Shown piece by piece: positions 28,942 through 40,970 of a stretch of DNA of 64,000 nucleotides. The DNA lies in contig JAHFFY010000003.1 in assembly GCA_023247705.1 (NCBI GenBank), forward strand, positions 14,067 to 78,066. The letters are read 5' to 3'. Below the pieces are notes generated by a model. It was not told the DNA's origin. It did not search any database and worked only from the letters and a program-made list of their open reading frames with translations. Position 1 is the stretch's first letter; each line of letters opens with the position of its first letter. The translations under genes were made by a program, and so were the position numbers. This DNA comes from Candidatus Omnitrophota bacterium. GTDB taxonomy: Bacteria > Omnitrophota > Gorgyraeia > Zapsychrales > JAHFFX01.

Positions 28942-29694
28942 TTATTTCAAAACAATCCCCACCGGACAATGATCCGATCCCATGACGTCTTTTAAAATAA
29001 AACTTTCCTTCAGGCGCGGGCGTAGCGATGAAGAAATGCCGAAGTAATCGATCCGCCATCCGATGTTCCGGGGACGGCATTGCCCCATCTGGCTCCACCA
29101 GGTATAATGGCCGCCACCTTGATTGAATTCTCGGAAAGTGTCGATGAACCCCGCGTTCACAATCCGATCGAAGCCGGCGCGTTCCTCGGGGGTAAAGCCG
29201 TGGTTCTTCACGTTCGCTTTCGGATAGGTCAAATCAATCTCCTGGTGCGCGACGTTCATGTCTCCGCAAAAGACGACCGGCTTTTTCTTTTCCAGATTCT
29301 TAATATATTTCAGAAAATCGACATCCCATTCCTGGCAGCGGTAAGGCAGACGGGACAGATCGCGCTTGGAATTCGGGACATACACATTCACGAGATAAAA
29401 ATCGTCAAACTCCAGCGTGATGACGCGGCCTTCGTCATCATGCTTTTCAATCTGAATGCCATGTCCGGTGCAAACCGATTTTATTTTCGTTAAAACAGCG
29501 GTCCCGGAATATCCGGCCCTTTTCGCGTGGTTCCAGTATTGAACATATCCGGGAACATTCATGCCCTCCGGAGGCTCGGAGGCCTTGGTCTCTTGCAAAC
29601 ACAAGACATCCGGCTTATATTTTTGAATAAATTCTAAAAAACCTTTTTTCAAAACCGCGCGGATGCCGTTCACGTTCCAGGAAATCAATTTCAT
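28942..29694 (-). CDS. xth: Exodeoxyribonuclease III (AP endonuclease)
   Basis: SWNVNG, LQETK, GDMNVAH, GWRIDY and SDHCP motifs. Confidence 0.95.
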   Translation of the reverse strand: MKLISWNVNGIRAVLKKGFLEFIQKYKPDVLCLQETKASEPPEGMNVPGYVQYWNHAKRAGYSGTAVLTKIKSVCTGHGIQIEKHDDEGRVITLEFDDFYLVNVYVPNSKRDLSRLPYRCQEWDVDFLKYIKNLEKKKPVVFCGDMNVAHQEIDLTYPKANVKNHGFTPEERAGFDRIVNAGFIDTFREFNQGGGHYTWWSQMGQCRPRNIGWRIDYFGISSSLRPRLKESFILKDVMGSDHCPVGIVLK

Positions 29695-30353
29695 CTTTTA
29701 GCCTCTGCTTCATCATGTTCCAATTTCGTCGGGAAAAAATAAATCACCGGGATGATCCAGTAAATCATAATTGCGGCGGTCGTGCTCATAAACGACACGG
29801 CAATCGCCAACATATATAAGACCGGGCCGGCCCAAACCTTCAAAACGGATTTTCTTAAAATATCGGCCTCAATATGCGGCTTGACCAACCGCCCGATATC
29901 GACCGCATACCACTTCATCAAAAGAAAACTCATCGCGGTCAGCATCATGGCGACCCCGTAAAAAATCACCGCCACGTATTCGTGAGAATATTCGCCGAGC
30001 AAAGCGGTCGGGAAAGGGATAAAGGCCAGCAGCATGAGAAAAAGACTATTGCACCAAAAAAGCCCGCGGTCCGAACGCTGGATAATATGAAACAACTGGT
30101 GATGGTTGACCCAATAGATCGAAACATAAGCGAAACTCAGGATATAACTTAAAATCTTCGGCCCCAACTCAAGCAATGACTTCCACAATTCCGCCGACAA
30201 ATCCGCTCCTGGCGCAGCCAATGCATGCAAGGACGGCATCCTTACTTCCAGGATAAGCAGCGTGATCACAATGGCAAACACCCCATCGCTGAAGGCCTCC
30301 AGGCGGGTGGTGCCGAAATTACCCGAACGTAATACACCGTGGAATATTTTCAT
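29691..30353 (-). CDS. TMEM175/DUF1211 potassium channel family protein
   Basis: RLEAFSDGVFAIVITLL signature; W..HH. Confidence 0.92.
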   Translation of the reverse strand: MKIFHGVLRSGNFGTTRLEAFSDGVFAIVITLLILEVRMPSLHALAAPGADLSAELWKSLLELGPKILSYILSFAYVSIYWVNHHQLFHIIQRSDRGLFWCNSLFLMLLAFIPFPTALLGEYSHEYVAVIFYGVAMMLTAMSFLLMKWYAVDIGRLVKPHIEADILRKSVLKVWAGPVLYMLAIAVSFMSTTAAIMIYWIIPVIYFFPTKLEHDEAEAKR

Positions 30354-30892
30354 TGTCCTTCCTTAATTAAAGATGACCATCGGTCGTATCTGGGAAAACA
30401 TCCCATCATACTTGCCAACGAAATTCCGCCCAGCCAATAAAAATCCTTGACCTCCCGGGTGAAAAAAAACAGGACAACGCCGAGGATCCCGGGGAGTTCA
30501 CAAAGCCCCAGAGATATAATGGTATATTGCAGCAAATTCAGACTTAACCGTGCACGTTGCAGCTGCGGGTCCGGGCAATGCATCGAGTTTTCCCGGGATA
30601 AAAATTTCGAACGCATCCAGGGGATCAACCCGATGATCGAAAAGGAAACTCCATAAAAAACCCATCTGATCATCTGGCCTTGAGACAAAGGATCAATCAT
30701 CGGCTTTAAATTTTTCATGCCGACGCTAAACACAATAATCCCGTAGATAAAAATACTGACAAACATATTGAACCAGATCATTAAGGCTAATTTGTAGCGC
30801 TGATTAAAATCTTGGGGGTTGTTAGATGGAGACATTGTTTCCAAAACCATAAAAATATTTGATAAAACCCGCGACATTCCGCAAAGATGCAA
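30350..30892 (-). CDS. Hypothetical 4-TM membrane protein; start probably MSPSNN
   Basis: Four hydrophobic segments, LCELPGILG...FPR. Confidence 0.6.
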   Translation of the reverse strand: MHLCGMSRVLSNIFMVLETMSPSNNPQDFNQRYKLALMIWFNMFVSIFIYGIIVFSVGMKNLKPMIDPLSQGQMIRWVFYGVSFSIIGLIPWMRSKFLSRENSMHCPDPQLQRARLSLNLLQYTIISLGLCELPGILGVVLFFFTREVKDFYWLGGISLASMMGCFPRYDRWSSLIKEGQ

Positions 30893-30955
30893 TAGTATAA
30901 CCTCTACCCTAATATTCTAGAAATTTTTTGTTAATATTGTTATCTGTTACGGCAA

Positions 30956-30984
30956 TTGACAATTACTCAATTCCATAATACAAT
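30956..30984 (+). promoter_or_regulatory. Sigma70 promoter of the subtilase gene
   Basis: TTGACA-N17-TACAAT; SD AAAGGAG before ATG 31091. Confidence 0.7.
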
Positions 30985-31090
30985 ATTATCTCAAGTTTGA
31001 AAATATTTTTCAAAGAGAGCTTTATTTTCAATCTAGGATACTATCTAAACTTTTTATTTTATTTTTAAAAGAAAGGAGCCGTCGCTCACC

Positions 31091-33385
31091 ATGAAACGCA
31101 CCATCATTGTTCTTACTCTTCTCTTATTTGTATTTGTTTTGTTCTCCAACAATCCTCTTTTCGCACAGATTTTCGAAAAAACACCTGTAACACTCGGCGG
31201 GCCACAATATGTTCCGGATGAAATCATCGTTAAATTTAAAGCCAATATTCCTGATAGCATCATCAATCAAATCAATGCCCAACTGGGAACATCTCTTTTG
31301 TCCACCGAAAACTTAGGCGGATTTAAAAGAATCAAAATCCCAGCGGCAAGTAACATCCTGGATGTGGTTCAACGTTATCAGCAAAATTTAAACGTCGAGT
31401 ACGCGGAACCTAATTACATGGCCTACGCCCACGCGGTTCCCAATGACCCTCTTTATGGTTATCAATGGAATTTTTCCAATCCGGTTTCCGGCAGCATCAA
31501 TGTGGAACCGGCCTGGAACCTTACGACCGGGGCCCCCGGAATCATTGTCGCCGTCGTAGACACCGGTGTCGCTTACGAAGACTTTACAATCATAGAAGCA
31601 GGAATGATCAAACGTTATTACAAAGCCCCTGACCTGGCACAGACCAAGTTTGTTGCCGGTTATGATTTTGTGAATAGTGATACACACCCCAACGACGATG
31701 TCGGGCATGGAACCCATGTCACCGGGACGATCGCCCAAAGCACCAACAATGCCTTGGGGACCGCGGGCATCGCTTATAACGTTTCAATCATGCCGGTTAA
31801 AGTTTTGGCCAAAAACGGTTCGGGTTCCTACGCGGATGTCGCCAACGGAATCATGTGGGCCGCCGATCACAACGCGAAAGTCATCAACCTGAGTCTCGGA
31901 GGCACTCAGGGATCGACGACGCTCCAAAACGCTTTAGCTTACGCTTACAATAAAGGGGTCACCATTGTTTGTTCTTCGGGAAACGACGGACAAGCAACGG
32001 TCAGTTATCCTGCCGCTTATGATCAATATTGCATCGCTGTCGGCGCAACGCGCTATGATGAAACCAAGGCGTATTACTCAAACTATGGTAGCAGCTTGGA
32101 CCTGATAGCCCCCGGCGGAGATCTGAATGTCGACCAGAATCACGATGGATACGGTGATGGGATTTTACAACAAACTTTTGGGAATACAACCAACGACTGG
32201 GGATACTGGTTCTATTCAGGAACATCCATGTCCGCGCCTCATGTTTCCGGGATCGCCGCCCTACTTTTGGCTTACGGAACCGCCCAAAACCCTCAAGATG
32301 TCAGAGACGCTTTGCAAAAAACAGCAAAGGATTTAGGAGCCACCGGATTCGATACTCAATACGGCTGGGGATTAGTCAACGCTTATGCAGCGTTAAATTA
32401 TCATGCAGTCGTCAATCAGCCGCCTACGGCTGTCGTCGGTGGACCTTATTCCGGAACAGAAGATATCGCAGTGACATTTAATGGATCCGGATCCTCAGAT
32501 CCTGATGGCAACGCATTGACTTATCTTTGGAATTTCGGGGATGGAAAATCAGGCAGCGGGATTCAACCGTCACACACTTATATGGCGGGAGGAACTTACA
32601 ACGTTAGTTTAATCGTCAATGACGGAACGGTGAATTCGCAATCTTCCACGACCACCGCGACGATCACCGAAGTCAACGACGCCCCGGTGGCGACCCCCGG
32701 CGGACCATATAATGGATCGGTCGGACAAGCGATTCAATTTGACGGAAGGGCCTCTCTTGATTCGGACGGAACGATCAGTGCCTTTGATTGGGATTTTGGT
32801 GACGGGAACACGGCCACCGGATCAACCGCGTCTCACAGTTATTCCCAAACAGGAACTTATACTGTTTCTCTAAAGGTCACAGATAATGGCGGGGCAACGA
32901 ACACCAAAACCACCACGGCGACCATTTCGGCCGTCTCAGAAGTGACCGTATTTACTGACAGTTTTGAAGTCAGCGAATGGAATGGCTTGTGGACAGAGGA
33001 TGCTCAAAACGACTGGGACAGATTAAACCAACGCGCCACCAACGGAAATTTTTCGGCCGAGGTCGATGGCATCGCGAACAATTCAACGTTAACCTCAATT
33101 GCCATCAACCTGCAAGGCAAAACCAATGCCCGCATCACCTTTTCCTGGTATATTGAAAGTTCCCTCGATAGCGGAGAATACATCGCCTTCCAAATTTCAA
33201 CCGATGGCGGAAGCACCTGGGTGGAAAAAGCGCGGATCAAAGGAAATGTCGATCCAGAAGACTCTTGGCAACCTGTCGACATCCAAGTCAATAATATCGC
33301 GAATCTCAAAATTCGATTCCGGGGAACCATGAATAGCAACATTGAAGACGCTGACGTCGACAATGTGAAAGTTGTCGCCTGGTAA
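31091..33385 (+). CDS. Secreted S8 subtilase with prodomain, two PKD domains and a C-terminal beta-sandwich
   Basis: Catalytic triad VAVVDTG / GHGTHV / GTSMSAPHV; PKD motifs WNFGDG and WDFGDG. Confidence 0.95.
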   Translation: MKRTIIVLTLLLFVFVLFSNNPLFAQIFEKTPVTLGGPQYVPDEIIVKFKANIPDSIINQINAQLGTSLLSTENLGGFKRIKIPAASNILDVVQRYQQNLNVEYAEPNYMAYAHAVPNDPLYGYQWNFSNPVSGSINVEPAWNLTTGAPGIIVAVVDTGVAYEDFTIIEAGMIKRYYKAPDLAQTKFVAGYDFVNSDTHPNDDVGHGTHVTGTIAQSTNNALGTAGIAYNVSIMPVKVLAKNGSGSYADVANGIMWAADHNAKVINLSLGGTQGSTTLQNALAYAYNKGVTIVCSSGNDGQATVSYPAAYDQYCIAVGATRYDETKAYYSNYGSSLDLIAPGGDLNVDQNHDGYGDGILQQTFGNTTNDWGYWFYSGTSMSAPHVSGIAALLLAYGTAQNPQDVRDALQKTAKDLGATGFDTQYGWGLVNAYAALNYHAVVNQPPTAVVGGPYSGTEDIAVTFNGSGSSDPDGNALTYLWNFGDGKSGSGIQPSHTYMAGGTYNVSLIVNDGTVNSQSSTTTATITEVNDAPVATPGGPYNGSVGQAIQFDGRASLDSDGTISAFDWDFGDGNTATGSTASHSYSQTGTYTVSLKVTDNGGATNTKTTTATISAVSEVTVFTDSFEVSEWNGLWTEDAQNDWDRLNQRATNGNFSAEVDGIANNSTLTSIAINLQGKTNARITFSWYIESSLDSGEYIAFQISTDGGSTWVEKARIKGNVDPEDSWQPVDIQVNNIANLKIRFRGTMNSNIEDADVDNVKVVAW

Positions 33386-33408
33386 TCAAAAATCAATTTG
33401 TTGATTAA

Positions 33409-33448
33409 AATAAGAAACGGCTTGCATAAATGCAAGCCGTTTCTTATT
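33409..33448. terminator. Bidirectional intrinsic terminator between convergent genes
   Basis: Perfect 19-bp IR aataagaaacggcttgcat-aa-atgcaagccgtttcttatt. Confidence 0.8.
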
Positions 33449-33469
33449 GATACTTTAAGGAAATTCTGT

Positions 33470-33766
33470 TTACTTGTCTTTCTTTTCTAACGGGAACGTC
33501 GCCACATCGAACGCGCCAGAGATCGACTTTTTGACCATATAAGCCGTCCCTTTCATCACTCCACCCATTAAGCCAAACGGCTTAAAGTGAGCCCCCTTTA
33601 TTTCATCCATGGAATAATGACCAATCTCCAATGGGGATTTGATAATGTCCACGACACCTGATTTGGCTTTTTCGACAGGAGCGGGAAGGGCTAATAGCGG
33701 AGAACTTAAGAATAATACGAGACTTAAACCCATCACCAACGCAATCAACCTTTTCATCTTAATCAC
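33470..33766 (-). CDS. Small exported/membrane protein resembling the TIGR04073 family
   Basis: Signal peptide, then K...G..DI..SPLEI...G..GG..KG......SGAFDVATFP pattern; GGGGG SD. Confidence 0.55.
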   Translation of the reverse strand: MIKMKRLIALVMGLSLVLFLSSPLLALPAPVEKAKSGVVDIIKSPLEIGHYSMDEIKGAHFKPFGLMGGVMKGTAYMVKKSISGAFDVATFPLEKKDK

Positions 33767-33830
33767 CCCCTTTAAGATAAAAGACCTCTAGCCAAAGTAT
33801 GACATAAGATAACGAGAATAACAAATCTTT

Positions 33831-33913
33831 GGTATCCCTCCAGTTACTGTTTTGCTTGGAGTATTCAGGCAAACAGGCGGAGCGTCGAGGGGGGGCCGCC
33901 AGGATGGGAATTC
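33831..33913. repeat. GC-rich structured intergenic element (possible dispersed repeat or ncRNA)
   Basis: Ends ggtatccc/gggaattc; internal stems ctgttttgcttg/caggcaaacag and ggcgg/ccgcc, in AT-rich surroundings. Confidence 0.4.
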
Positions 33914-33940
33914 TGTAGAATCTATTTTTTCTTAAGAGGT

Positions 33941-34864
33941 CTAAAAGATATGTAACGTTAATCCGTGCTCTACCAACGCCTTAGGATCTTCTCTGTCTTT
34001 AAATAAGGCGGCCTGGGTCAAGGCTTTTTGGGCCAGCGGCTCCATCCCAAGTGCCCGGAAGGATAATCCCATATAATTAAACGCGTCCGGGTCATCCGGG
34101 ATGAAAGAAATGTATTCCTGAAGGAAGAAAATACTTTTTTTGTATTCTTTCAACTGATAGCTGGCGAGGGCTGAATAAAAATAGAACAAACGCTTTTTTT
34201 CTTCCCCATCGATGTGTTCCAGCGCATCTCGGCAAACGTAAAACATCTGAGGATATTTTTTCAGATAATAATAACTTAAAACCAATATGGTATAGCAGCT
34301 GTAATACCCCTTTTGCAGCCTTTGCACGACTTCGCTCTCCAGTTTTCCGGTGCGTTTTAAAATCGGCAAATAAGTTTTTGATTGATGAATAAAATGAAGA
34401 TTATATTCCCAATCAGTCTCCAGCGCCGCCAGCACATTTTTGATGGCCTCTTCATAAAGTCCTTTTTTGAAATAAATCAACCCCAGGTTATAATGGAACG
34501 CGAAATAATTCGGATTGATTTGAATGGCTCTCTTATAAGCCTTGATCGCCAGTTTCTCATGACCCAAGTGATAATGACAAAACCCCATCATCCCCTGGAT
34601 GTCCGGCCACTGGAGCGAATCGAGCAACCGTTCGTAATAATATTCATACTCCTCGAGTTTAACGCGATCAAACGGCTCCTGCCCTTCGATATAAGCGACC
34701 AAATAATCATAAGTTGGCATCAGTCGGCTTAAGGTCGTCGCTTTCGCGTGCGCCGTCATCTTCTTCCAATCAACAATAAAATAAATCAGAAAAAAGACAA
34801 CAAGATACAAAACAAAGAGTCTTTTATATATGATCTTAAGAACTTCACGCAATCGGGAAAACAT
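33941..34864 (-). CDS. Membrane-anchored TPR protein
   Basis: N-terminal TM; AIKAYKRAIQINP..FAFHYNLGLIY TPR repeats. Confidence 0.8.
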   Translation of the reverse strand: MFSRLREVLKIIYKRLFVLYLVVFFLIYFIVDWKKMTAHAKATTLSRLMPTYDYLVAYIEGQEPFDRVKLEEYEYYYERLLDSLQWPDIQGMMGFCHYHLGHEKLAIKAYKRAIQINPNYFAFHYNLGLIYFKKGLYEEAIKNVLAALETDWEYNLHFIHQSKTYLPILKRTGKLESEVVQRLQKGYYSCYTILVLSYYYLKKYPQMFYVCRDALEHIDGEEKKRLFYFYSALASYQLKEYKKSIFFLQEYISFIPDDPDAFNYMGLSFRALGMEPLAQKALTQAALFKDREDPKALVEHGLTLHIF

Positions 34865-37143
34865 TATTGAACTGGTCCTCTGCTCTGAACTAAATTTAAT
34901 GTTCGTTGTTCAAAATTTCTCTGGAAGTACAAAAAAAATGTCGCCAAAACAACGTTGAAAAAACCGATAAAGAAAATATTCAATACGGTCCGCTGCGCTG
35001 TCCCGTAGTGCATAAAGATGACATGCTCCCCGGCCGGAATCCACAGCCCCTTAAACGCGATATTGGCCCGCCATATTTTCACTTTCTGTCCGTCAATAAA
35101 GGCCTCCCAGCCGCTGTGAAAGCTATCGTTGTAAACTAAAAATTTTCTTGCCGAAAAACGGGTCTTAATCTTTATCGTGTTGACGTCAAAATTGACAATC
35201 TCTAACTCGGAGGAATCTTGTGTAATGATTTCAGCCGGAGGTAAATTGTCGGAGAGGGATCTCTTTCCTATGCCAAGAAGTCCCTGGTTCCCCGATAGAA
35301 TCGCGGCGGATTCTTCCTGGCCTTCGTTATAATCAAACGGAACGTAAGCGCTGTTTCGCATATGAATAAAGTCTTGTTCCAGCTGATCGAAATTAATCTT
35401 GTCGTCCTTAACTCTCTGGACCTGGTCATACACTATGAATTTAAGAGATCCATACAGATTAAAAATCTGCAGATGAAGATGTTCGCGCAGGAAATTCAGC
35501 CAATACGTCGACATATAAATGCCCAAATTGCGCCTCTCTTCGATCTCGGAAAGGTCTTGCGCTTGAAAAATTTTTTGTTGTTTGAGGATCGCTTCTTTGT
35601 CTTGTTGTGATGGTAACGACACGTTGGGAGCGAACGGTTGATAAACGTAAGGCCTCGCGTATTTCATCGAATTTCTGGCCAAATATGAATAAGCCTCCAT
35701 CGGTTCCAGACAAACGAGAAGAAAAAGAAAGACGGGGATAGACACCGAAGTGATTTTGATCCATCCCCGGAGCCAGCTCAACCAAAATAAAAAACTTAAT
35801 ACCAAAACGGAATAGGAAGACACTGCCCTGAAACCCTTTTGATAAAGAAAATATATCAATCCCAGATGCACGATCCCGACAAAAACGAGAAGCAAATTTC
35901 TTTTCTTATGATTGTCGATCTGGATAGCCAAAAACTGCCGGTATTGTTCAACGATGAACAATATAAAAATTGGTAATAAAATGAGCCAGAGATAAAAATG
36001 CAGATTCCGGAAATATTTGAAATAAAAAACATGGTTATAAAAAAAATTGTAAAACTGATTGGCGTACGGTGATCCCATCGCAAAAATACCCAACCCCCAA
36101 ATCAACAGCAGCAAAACCCTTCGATTGATGAACGTAACAATGCCCTGGCATAAGAGGATATAGGCAAAAAGCGGCACATAAAAGACCGCAAACCGGAATT
36201 TTTTAAGATCTTGCAAGAAGTAATTCGAGAACAGGAGATCTTCGATAATTCCCCATTCGGTGATATTGTCTTTCTTGACCATGACTACGTTTTGCGCATT
36301 ACCGGAAACAAAATCCTTTAACGGCGACTCGCCATGCCTGACCGGAAAGACGATCTCTCCTTTCTGTCCTTCCATAAAAAACAAAATCCCGGGGACGAAA
36401 GCAACAACAACCGCGAAAAGGCAAAACAGCGCCAACCATTTCTTTTGTTTAAGAAAATTTACGGCCCGCGAGACAATTTCTTTCAAGGATGAGAAATAAA
36501 TGACGGCAAAACAGATCAGGAAAGAAAATACGATCGTTAAAAAATAAAATGGAATATACGTCGTAAAAATAATCATCAATGTTAACGTGAGACCCACCCA
36601 ATAGTGTTCGCGAGGTTCCCGGGCAAACGCGACGAGGAAATAAAAGAACCAAACCATCGGAACGAACGTCAGAATGATATAAGAATCGAACAGCCTCGTT
36701 CCCAGGGAAGAGAATAAAAGCAGGACAAAAGCCAAAAAGGCCTGCTGGCGATCCTGAAAGATCTGTTTGGCCAAAAGATAAAAGCCGATCAACCCCAAAA
36801 AATAATATCCGGCGAGAAAAAACTGATAGGCAAGTGTATAAGGAATACCTATTTTGACTAACAACGCAAGCACCAGGATAAACGGATTAAACGACCCGAT
36901 CCGGCGCAGGAAAAATTCAACCGGCACCCCCCATTGCCGTTCCGGGTCCCAGGACGGATATACGCCGCGAATGATATTGTCGATATAAAATTTAAAATGC
37001 TGGACATAAGCCATGGCGTCGGAGGAAAGAGCCAATTGATTGGATAAAAACCCGCGGAAGGCGATACACCAGAAAACAAAGGAAAGAATAAATGGAATCA
37101 GCAGAGGATGGACAGCATTGATTTTCTTAATCAAATTGATCAT
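34864..37143 (-). CDS. YfhO-family polytopic membrane protein (GT-C-like)
   Basis: GVYPSWDP..QWGVP N-terminal motif; C-terminal FHSGWEAFIDG...RANIAFKGLWIPAGEHVI motif. Confidence 0.8.
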   Translation of the reverse strand: MINLIKKINAVHPLLIPFILSFVFWCIAFRGFLSNQLALSSDAMAYVQHFKFYIDNIIRGVYPSWDPERQWGVPVEFFLRRIGSFNPFILVLALLVKIGIPYTLAYQFFLAGYYFLGLIGFYLLAKQIFQDRQQAFLAFVLLLFSSLGTRLFDSYIILTFVPMVWFFYFLVAFAREPREHYWVGLTLTLMIIFTTYIPFYFLTIVFSFLICFAVIYFSSLKEIVSRAVNFLKQKKWLALFCLFAVVVAFVPGILFFMEGQKGEIVFPVRHGESPLKDFVSGNAQNVVMVKKDNITEWGIIEDLLFSNYFLQDLKKFRFAVFYVPLFAYILLCQGIVTFINRRVLLLLIWGLGIFAMGSPYANQFYNFFYNHVFYFKYFRNLHFYLWLILLPIFILFIVEQYRQFLAIQIDNHKKRNLLLVFVGIVHLGLIYFLYQKGFRAVSSYSVLVLSFLFWLSWLRGWIKITSVSIPVFLFLLVCLEPMEAYSYLARNSMKYARPYVYQPFAPNVSLPSQQDKEAILKQQKIFQAQDLSEIEERRNLGIYMSTYWLNFLREHLHLQIFNLYGSLKFIVYDQVQRVKDDKINFDQLEQDFIHMRNSAYVPFDYNEGQEESAAILSGNQGLLGIGKRSLSDNLPPAEIITQDSSELEIVNFDVNTIKIKTRFSARKFLVYNDSFHSGWEAFIDGQKVKIWRANIAFKGLWIPAGEHVIFMHYGTAQRTVLNIFFIGFFNVVLATFFLYFQRNFEQRTLNLVQSRGPVQ

Positions 37144-37181
37144 TTCTCTAAAGGAATAAATTAAGTATTATTTCAGGACCG

Positions 37182-37892
37182 TTATCCTAAATCAAACAAA
37201 AGGATCTCTGCGCTTTTGGACGCGACGATCTCAAGATTCTTTTCATCGCTGAGTGCCGCGCCGTCACCGGATTTGAGGACTACACCGTTTATTTCCAGCG
37301 TCCCTTTGGTTGATTGGACCCAGGCAAAACGTTTTGATCGTAGCGTATACTTTAATGATTGTCCAGAATTTAAGAGAGAAAAAAACAAATCCACGTCCTG
37401 ACGGATCGTCAAACTTCCTTCCCGCCCGTCTTGAGAAGCGACAAGGCACAAACGGTTCTTGCGCTGGGATTCGCTGAATTTCGCTTGCTGATAAGTTGGC
37501 TTAAATCCTTGAGCTTTAGGAACGATCCAAATTTGTAAAAAATGGACCGGCTCGGTTTGAGAATGATTATATTCGCTGTGCGTAACACCCGAACCAGCGC
37601 TCATCAGCTGGACTTCTCCCGGAGTAATCACGGATCCGTTGCCCATACTGTCCTGGTGCGCTAAACTGCCTTCCAGCACATACGTGATAATTTCCATATC
37701 GTGATGCGGATGTTTTCCAAAACCCCCTCCGGGCGCCACTCGGTCATCATTGATGACCCGCAGCGCTCTAAAGCCCATGTGATCCGGATCATGATAATCG
37801 GTAAATGAAAACGTATGATAACTTTCTAACCATTCTATTTTTGTCTTCCCGCGTTCAATTGATTTTCTTAACTTGATCATCAGGGACCTCAC
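37182..37892 (-). CDS. Pirin family protein (YhhW-like)
   Basis: HTFSF, HPHHDMEI.TY, MSAGSG..HSE and LQIW motifs. Confidence 0.93.
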   Translation of the reverse strand: MRSLMIKLRKSIERGKTKIEWLESYHTFSFTDYHDPDHMGFRALRVINDDRVAPGGGFGKHPHHDMEIITYVLEGSLAHQDSMGNGSVITPGEVQLMSAGSGVTHSEYNHSQTEPVHFLQIWIVPKAQGFKPTYQQAKFSESQRKNRLCLVASQDGREGSLTIRQDVDLFFSLLNSGQSLKYTLRSKRFAWVQSTKGTLEINGVVLKSGDGAALSDEKNLEIVASKSAEILLFDLG

Positions 37893-37901
37893 ATTTCGGA
37901 T

Positions 37902-40205
<2,304 letters not shown>

Positions 40206-40228
40206 TTAAAAAATTGATTGTTCGCGGT

Positions 40229-40891
40229 CTATTGCTGCGCAGCAGACGAGCTTCCCGGATTAAACTGACGTTCCAGTTCCTTTTTAACCGATTCATAGCC
40301 GACAAACATTTTTTCGTTGATAAAACAGGTCGGTGTCGCCTGGATAAATTTAGATTCTCCGTACGCTTTATCGGCATCGACAAACGCGCGCGCTTCATCG
40401 CCCTGCACGCAGGTCTCCAGTAAAGACAAATCCAATCCCGCTTCCTGGGCCATCTGCCGATACGTCGGAATCGGATCCGCTAATGTCCGCCATTGCGCTT
40501 GCCGTCCCATGAGCAGTCCGGTGAATTCCCAGAATTTATTCTGCTCGGCCGAACACTCCGCGTAAACAGCGCTCTCGAGAGAATGGGAATGACTCAGTGG
40601 GAAATATTTCACTTCAAAATAGATGTCAGCGGCGTGCGCTTCGATCAATTGATGGATAAACGCAAACAGTTTGGCGCATTCCGGGCATTGAAAATCCAAA
40701 AATTCGATGATGTGAACCCGCGCGTTAGGGCTTCCTTGGGTACGGGCATCGGAATTTTTGTTGGCCCCTTGGTTGTAACGTTGCAACGCATCAAAAATCA
40801 GAATCCCGGCAACACAGATGACCACAATCACGGCCGAGACCCATCCTTTAGAGATATGAACGCGTTTTCGTTTTAATTTTGCTTGTCCCAT
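40229..40891 (-). CDS. DsbA/BdbD-family thiol-disulfide oxidoreductase
   Basis: DFQCPEC CxxC, FPL and ATP cis-Pro loop; N-terminal TM. Confidence 0.88.
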   Translation of the reverse strand: MGQAKLKRKRVHISKGWVSAVIVVICVAGILIFDALQRYNQGANKNSDARTQGSPNARVHIIEFLDFQCPECAKLFAFIHQLIEAHAADIYFEVKYFPLSHSHSLESAVYAECSAEQNKFWEFTGLLMGRQAQWRTLADPIPTYRQMAQEAGLDLSLLETCVQGDEARAFVDADKAYGESKFIQATPTCFINEKMFVGYESVKKELERQFNPGSSSAAQQ

Positions 40892-40970
40892 TCTAAGATC
40901 TCCTTATTGATCGAACCCAATTCAACATTTTTTTCTTCAACTAACGCTCACAAGATCACCCGATCATTAC

